A DNA stretch of 64,000 nt. Origin: Patescibacteria group bacterium. Its GTDB lineage: Bacteria > Patescibacteriota > Minisyncoccia > Minisyncoccales > GWA2-38-27. The DNA is taken from the NCBI GenBank assembly GCA_020148045.1, contig JAHCRG010000017.1, forward strand, positions 21,229 to 85,228. The letters are read 5' to 3'. A program made the translations under genes and the position numbers. Positions within the stretch are counted from its first letter, which is position 1; the number at the start of each line of letters is the position of its first letter. The notes under the pieces are model-generated. The model was not told where the DNA came from, did no database searches, and saw nothing but the letters and a program-made list of their open reading frames with translations. Below are positions 61,567 to 64,000 of the stretch, piece by piece.

Positions 61567-63531
61567 TTATTCGGTTTCTTTAGTTTCTGGAGGAGTAAAG
61601 TTTTCTTTTGGGAATTTGGCAAGGGCTTCGAGCATAAAGGCGCGCCAGATGGGACCTGCTAAGACTACCCCTGGTTTTTTACTCATTGGGGTATTATCAT
61701 TATTTCCAACCCAGACCCCGGCTGCAATGTTCGGAGTATATCCAATAGTCCAGGCATCTCTGTAATTATTTGTTGTCCCAGTTTTAGCCGCTACTTGATA
61801 ATTTTCAAAATATAAGGCGGAATTAGCTCCAAACATCGGGGTTCTGGCCTCGTTATCTGACAAAATATCATTAAGTAGTCTTACGGGTTCTTGTTCCAAA
61901 ACTCTTCTTGGAGTTTTTTTATTTTCTTCAATAATATTTCCTTTTGAGTCCTCAATTTTTGAGATGGAAACCGGGGGAAGCTTTAGGCCTTCGGTTGCAA
62001 AAACACCATAGCTAGAAACCATCTCAAGTAATCTGATTTCGCCTCCTCCCAGTACAATTGAAGGTCCATAAAAAGAGGGGGGTCTGTTTAAGGTAGTGAT
62101 GCCACATTTTCCAGCTGTCTCTATACTTTCTAGTAGTCCTGCCAAATTAAGCAGGACTTTGACTGAAGGAACGTTTATAGATTGAGCTAAGGCCTGTCTT
62201 AAGGTTACCGGTCCTCTAAACAGGCCGTCATAATTTTTGGGGATGTATTCTTCTTTGCCCCAGATGCCAAAATTAGTTTCTTCATCAATAACAATATATT
62301 CATCGTCATAGCCATTTTGGAAGGCAGTTGTATAAACAAAAGGCTTGAAAGCAGAACCGGGCTGACGTCCTATCCTATAAGTAGCTACATTAACATCTGG
62401 GTCGAACAAACAATCTACTTCTGGCGTTAAATCACACCCTTCAGGATAGGATTCTCCGAACCAATCAGCTGAGCCAACCATAGCTAAAATTTCTCCGGTT
62501 TTTGGGTCAATCGCTACTAAAGAAGCATTATACGCTTTATATCCTTTATTTCTTTCAATACGTTCTTCTATAGCTTTTTCAGCTGCTTTCTGAAGCTCCC
62601 AATCCAAAGTAGTATAAACTTTAAAACCTTCTTCTTCTAAAAAGTTTTTGCCATATTTTCCAAAAAGATATTCCTCAACATGGAAAACGAAATGGGGAGC
62701 TTTAATTGTTTGTTTAATTTCAGCAAATTTTAATTCTTCTTTTTTAGCTGTCTCAGTCTCCTCCGGGGTTAAATAGTCCTCTTTTGCCATTCGGTTTAAA
62801 ACATAATCTTTTCTCCCAAGCAGCTCATCTTTGTTGGGCCCAAAGGGAGAAAGATAACTCGGGGTTTTAATTAAAGCAGCCAAAGAGGCAGCTTCAGCCA
62901 CAGAAATGTCTTTGGTTGATTTGTTAAAATAAGTTTTTGAGGCAGCTTCCACCCCATAGATATTAGGTCCAAGAGGAATCTGATTTAGATACCATTCTAA
63001 AATCTGGTCTTTTGAATAACGTCTTTCCATCTCTAAGGTTAAAATAATTTCTCTAACTTTTCTTTTAATAGTTTTTTCTAAGGTTAAAAAAGTAGAACGG
63101 ATAAGTTGCTGGGAAATTGTGGAGCCGCCATAAGTCGGCTTTCCTATTTTTAAATTAATTTGGACAGCTCGGAGAATCCCTCTAAAATCTATCCCGAAAT
63201 GAGAATAAAAGTTAGCATCTTCGGTTGCAATTACTGCTTGTTTTAGATGTTCGGGTATTTCGCTTAAAGGAATAATTTCTCTTTTTTCTTCGCCGTATAA
63301 TTCATAAAGCAAAACTTCCCCGGTTCGGTCATAGATTTTAGTTGATTCAACGAAAGCCCTTTCAGTAAATTTTTCCGGCCGAGGAAGGTCTTTAGCGTAG
63401 TAGATAAACAAGAACAAAGAACAAAGAATAAAGAACAAAAAACAAAAACCCAAAACAACAAGAATCCAAAAAGTAATTCTCTTTTTTTTATTCTTTTTAT
63501 ATATTTTGCGATAAAATTTTCTCTCTGCCAT
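61567..63531 (-). CDS. Class A penicillin-binding protein (transglycosylase/transpeptidase)
   Basis: EDANFYSH.G.D, GGSTISQQL, RKVRE, SAFK (SxxK), SIN, KTGT. Confidence 0.96.
   Translation of the reverse strand: MAERKFYRKIYKKNKKKRITFWILVVLGFCFLFFILCSLFLFIYYAKDLPRPEKFTERAFVESTKIYDRTGEVLLYELYGEEKREIIPLSEIPEHLKQAVIATEDANFYSHFGIDFRGILRAVQINLKIGKPTYGGSTISQQLIRSTFLTLEKTIKRKVREIILTLEMERRYSKDQILEWYLNQIPLGPNIYGVEAASKTYFNKSTKDISVAEAASLAALIKTPSYLSPFGPNKDELLGRKDYVLNRMAKEDYLTPEETETAKKEELKFAEIKQTIKAPHFVFHVEEYLFGKYGKNFLEEEGFKVYTTLDWELQKAAEKAIEERIERNKGYKAYNASLVAIDPKTGEILAMVGSADWFGESYPEGCDLTPEVDCLFDPDVNVATYRIGRQPGSAFKPFVYTTAFQNGYDDEYIVIDEETNFGIWGKEEYIPKNYDGLFRGPVTLRQALAQSINVPSVKVLLNLAGLLESIETAGKCGITTLNRPPSFYGPSIVLGGGEIRLLEMVSSYGVFATEGLKLPPVSISKIEDSKGNIIEENKKTPRRVLEQEPVRLLNDILSDNEARTPMFGANSALYFENYQVAAKTGTTNNYRDAWTIGYTPNIAAGVWVGNNDNTPMSKKPGVVLAGPIWRAFMLEALAKFPKENFTPPETKETE
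63412..63446. repeat. Heptamer tandem array encoding part of the PBP membrane anchor
   Basis: GAACAAA GAACAAA GAATAAA GAACAAA AAACAAA = FCFLFFILCSLF on minus strand. Confidence 0.7.
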
Positions 63532-63567
63532 TGTTTTTTATATATATTTATTTTAGAATAAATCAAT

Positions 63568-64000
63568 ATGAAAAGAAAGAATAAATCTCAAAAAATTAAA
63601 GAATTATTAACCAGAGGCGTAGATGAGATTATTAATAAACAGCATCTTGAGAAAAGATTGAAATCCGGCGGAAAACTAAGGGTGAAATTTGGCATTGACC
63701 CAACTGGGTCTGAGCTTCATTTAGGCCATTCTGTTCCTTTTCGAAAGTTAAGGCAATTTCAGGACTTAGGCCATAAAGTTATTTTTTTAATCGGAGATTT
63801 TACTGCTAAGATTGGTGATCCTTCTAGAAGAATGGAAAGAAGAAAGCCCCTTAGCGAAAAACAAATAAAGAATAACATGAAAGATTATGTTAAGCAAACT
63901 TCTAAAGTTTTAGATATTAAAAAAGTAGAGATAAGATACAATAGTGAATGGTACAAAAAAAAGAAAGCAGATTTCTTAATGGATTTAACTTCTCGCTTTA
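63568..64000 (+). CDS. tyrS: Tyrosine--tRNA ligase (5' part; runs off window)
   Basis: Manual translation: LRVKFGIDPTGSELHLGH...FQDLGH.VIFLIGDFTAKIGDPS...YNSEW. Confidence 0.95.
   Translation, partial: MKRKNKSQKIKELLTRGVDEIINKQHLEKRLKSGGKLRVKFGIDPTGSELHLGHSVPFRKLRQFQDLGHKVIFLIGDFTAKIGDPSRRMERRKPLSEKQIKNNMKDYVKQTSKVLDIKKVEIRYNSEWYKKKKADFLMDLTSRF

Noticed and set aside
1..64000. CRISPR array, rRNA, prophage, IS/transposase, integron
   Set aside because: No regularly spaced repeats, rRNA-like tracts or recognisable phage, transposase or integrase ORFs seen

Overview
Chromosomal segment of a small-genome bacterium, most likely Patescibacteria/CPR (Parcubacteria-like). The inference rests on type IV pilus genes, a PrgI/VirB4/pilin cluster, tRNAs without encoded CCA, very short intergenic spaces and many near-leaderless genes. 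It uses the standard genetic code. The window spans the replication-origin region (dnaN-oriC-dnaA / rpmH-rnpA-yidD-yidC-jag). It carries housekeeping genes (pilB/pilC, rny, clpP, tig, ppa, nusA, cca, pnp, rpsO, rsmA, a class A PBP, partial tyrS) and 7 tRNAs. Accessory blocks include partial His genes, sufS-sufE-cysK-DUF4395-kinase and a T-box-controlled orphan gene. The most striking feature is a tightly coupled 8-gene operon (38060-47278) that looks like a modular, split dikinase system. It has one stand-alone ATP-grasp subunit, four divergent ~490-aa substrate-domain + phospho-His-swivel paralogues, one free His-swivel domain, one unknown protein and an MtxX-like protein, but no PEP/pyruvate barrel. 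Other notable signals are a transcriptional T-box with an ultrashort Stem I, a 30-bp palindrome inserted in frame in two unrelated proteins, dispersed 7/8-bp-period arrays, tRNAs abutting or overlapping ORFs, and Cys-rich pilin fusions. All calls come from motif recognition by eye; no database search was run.
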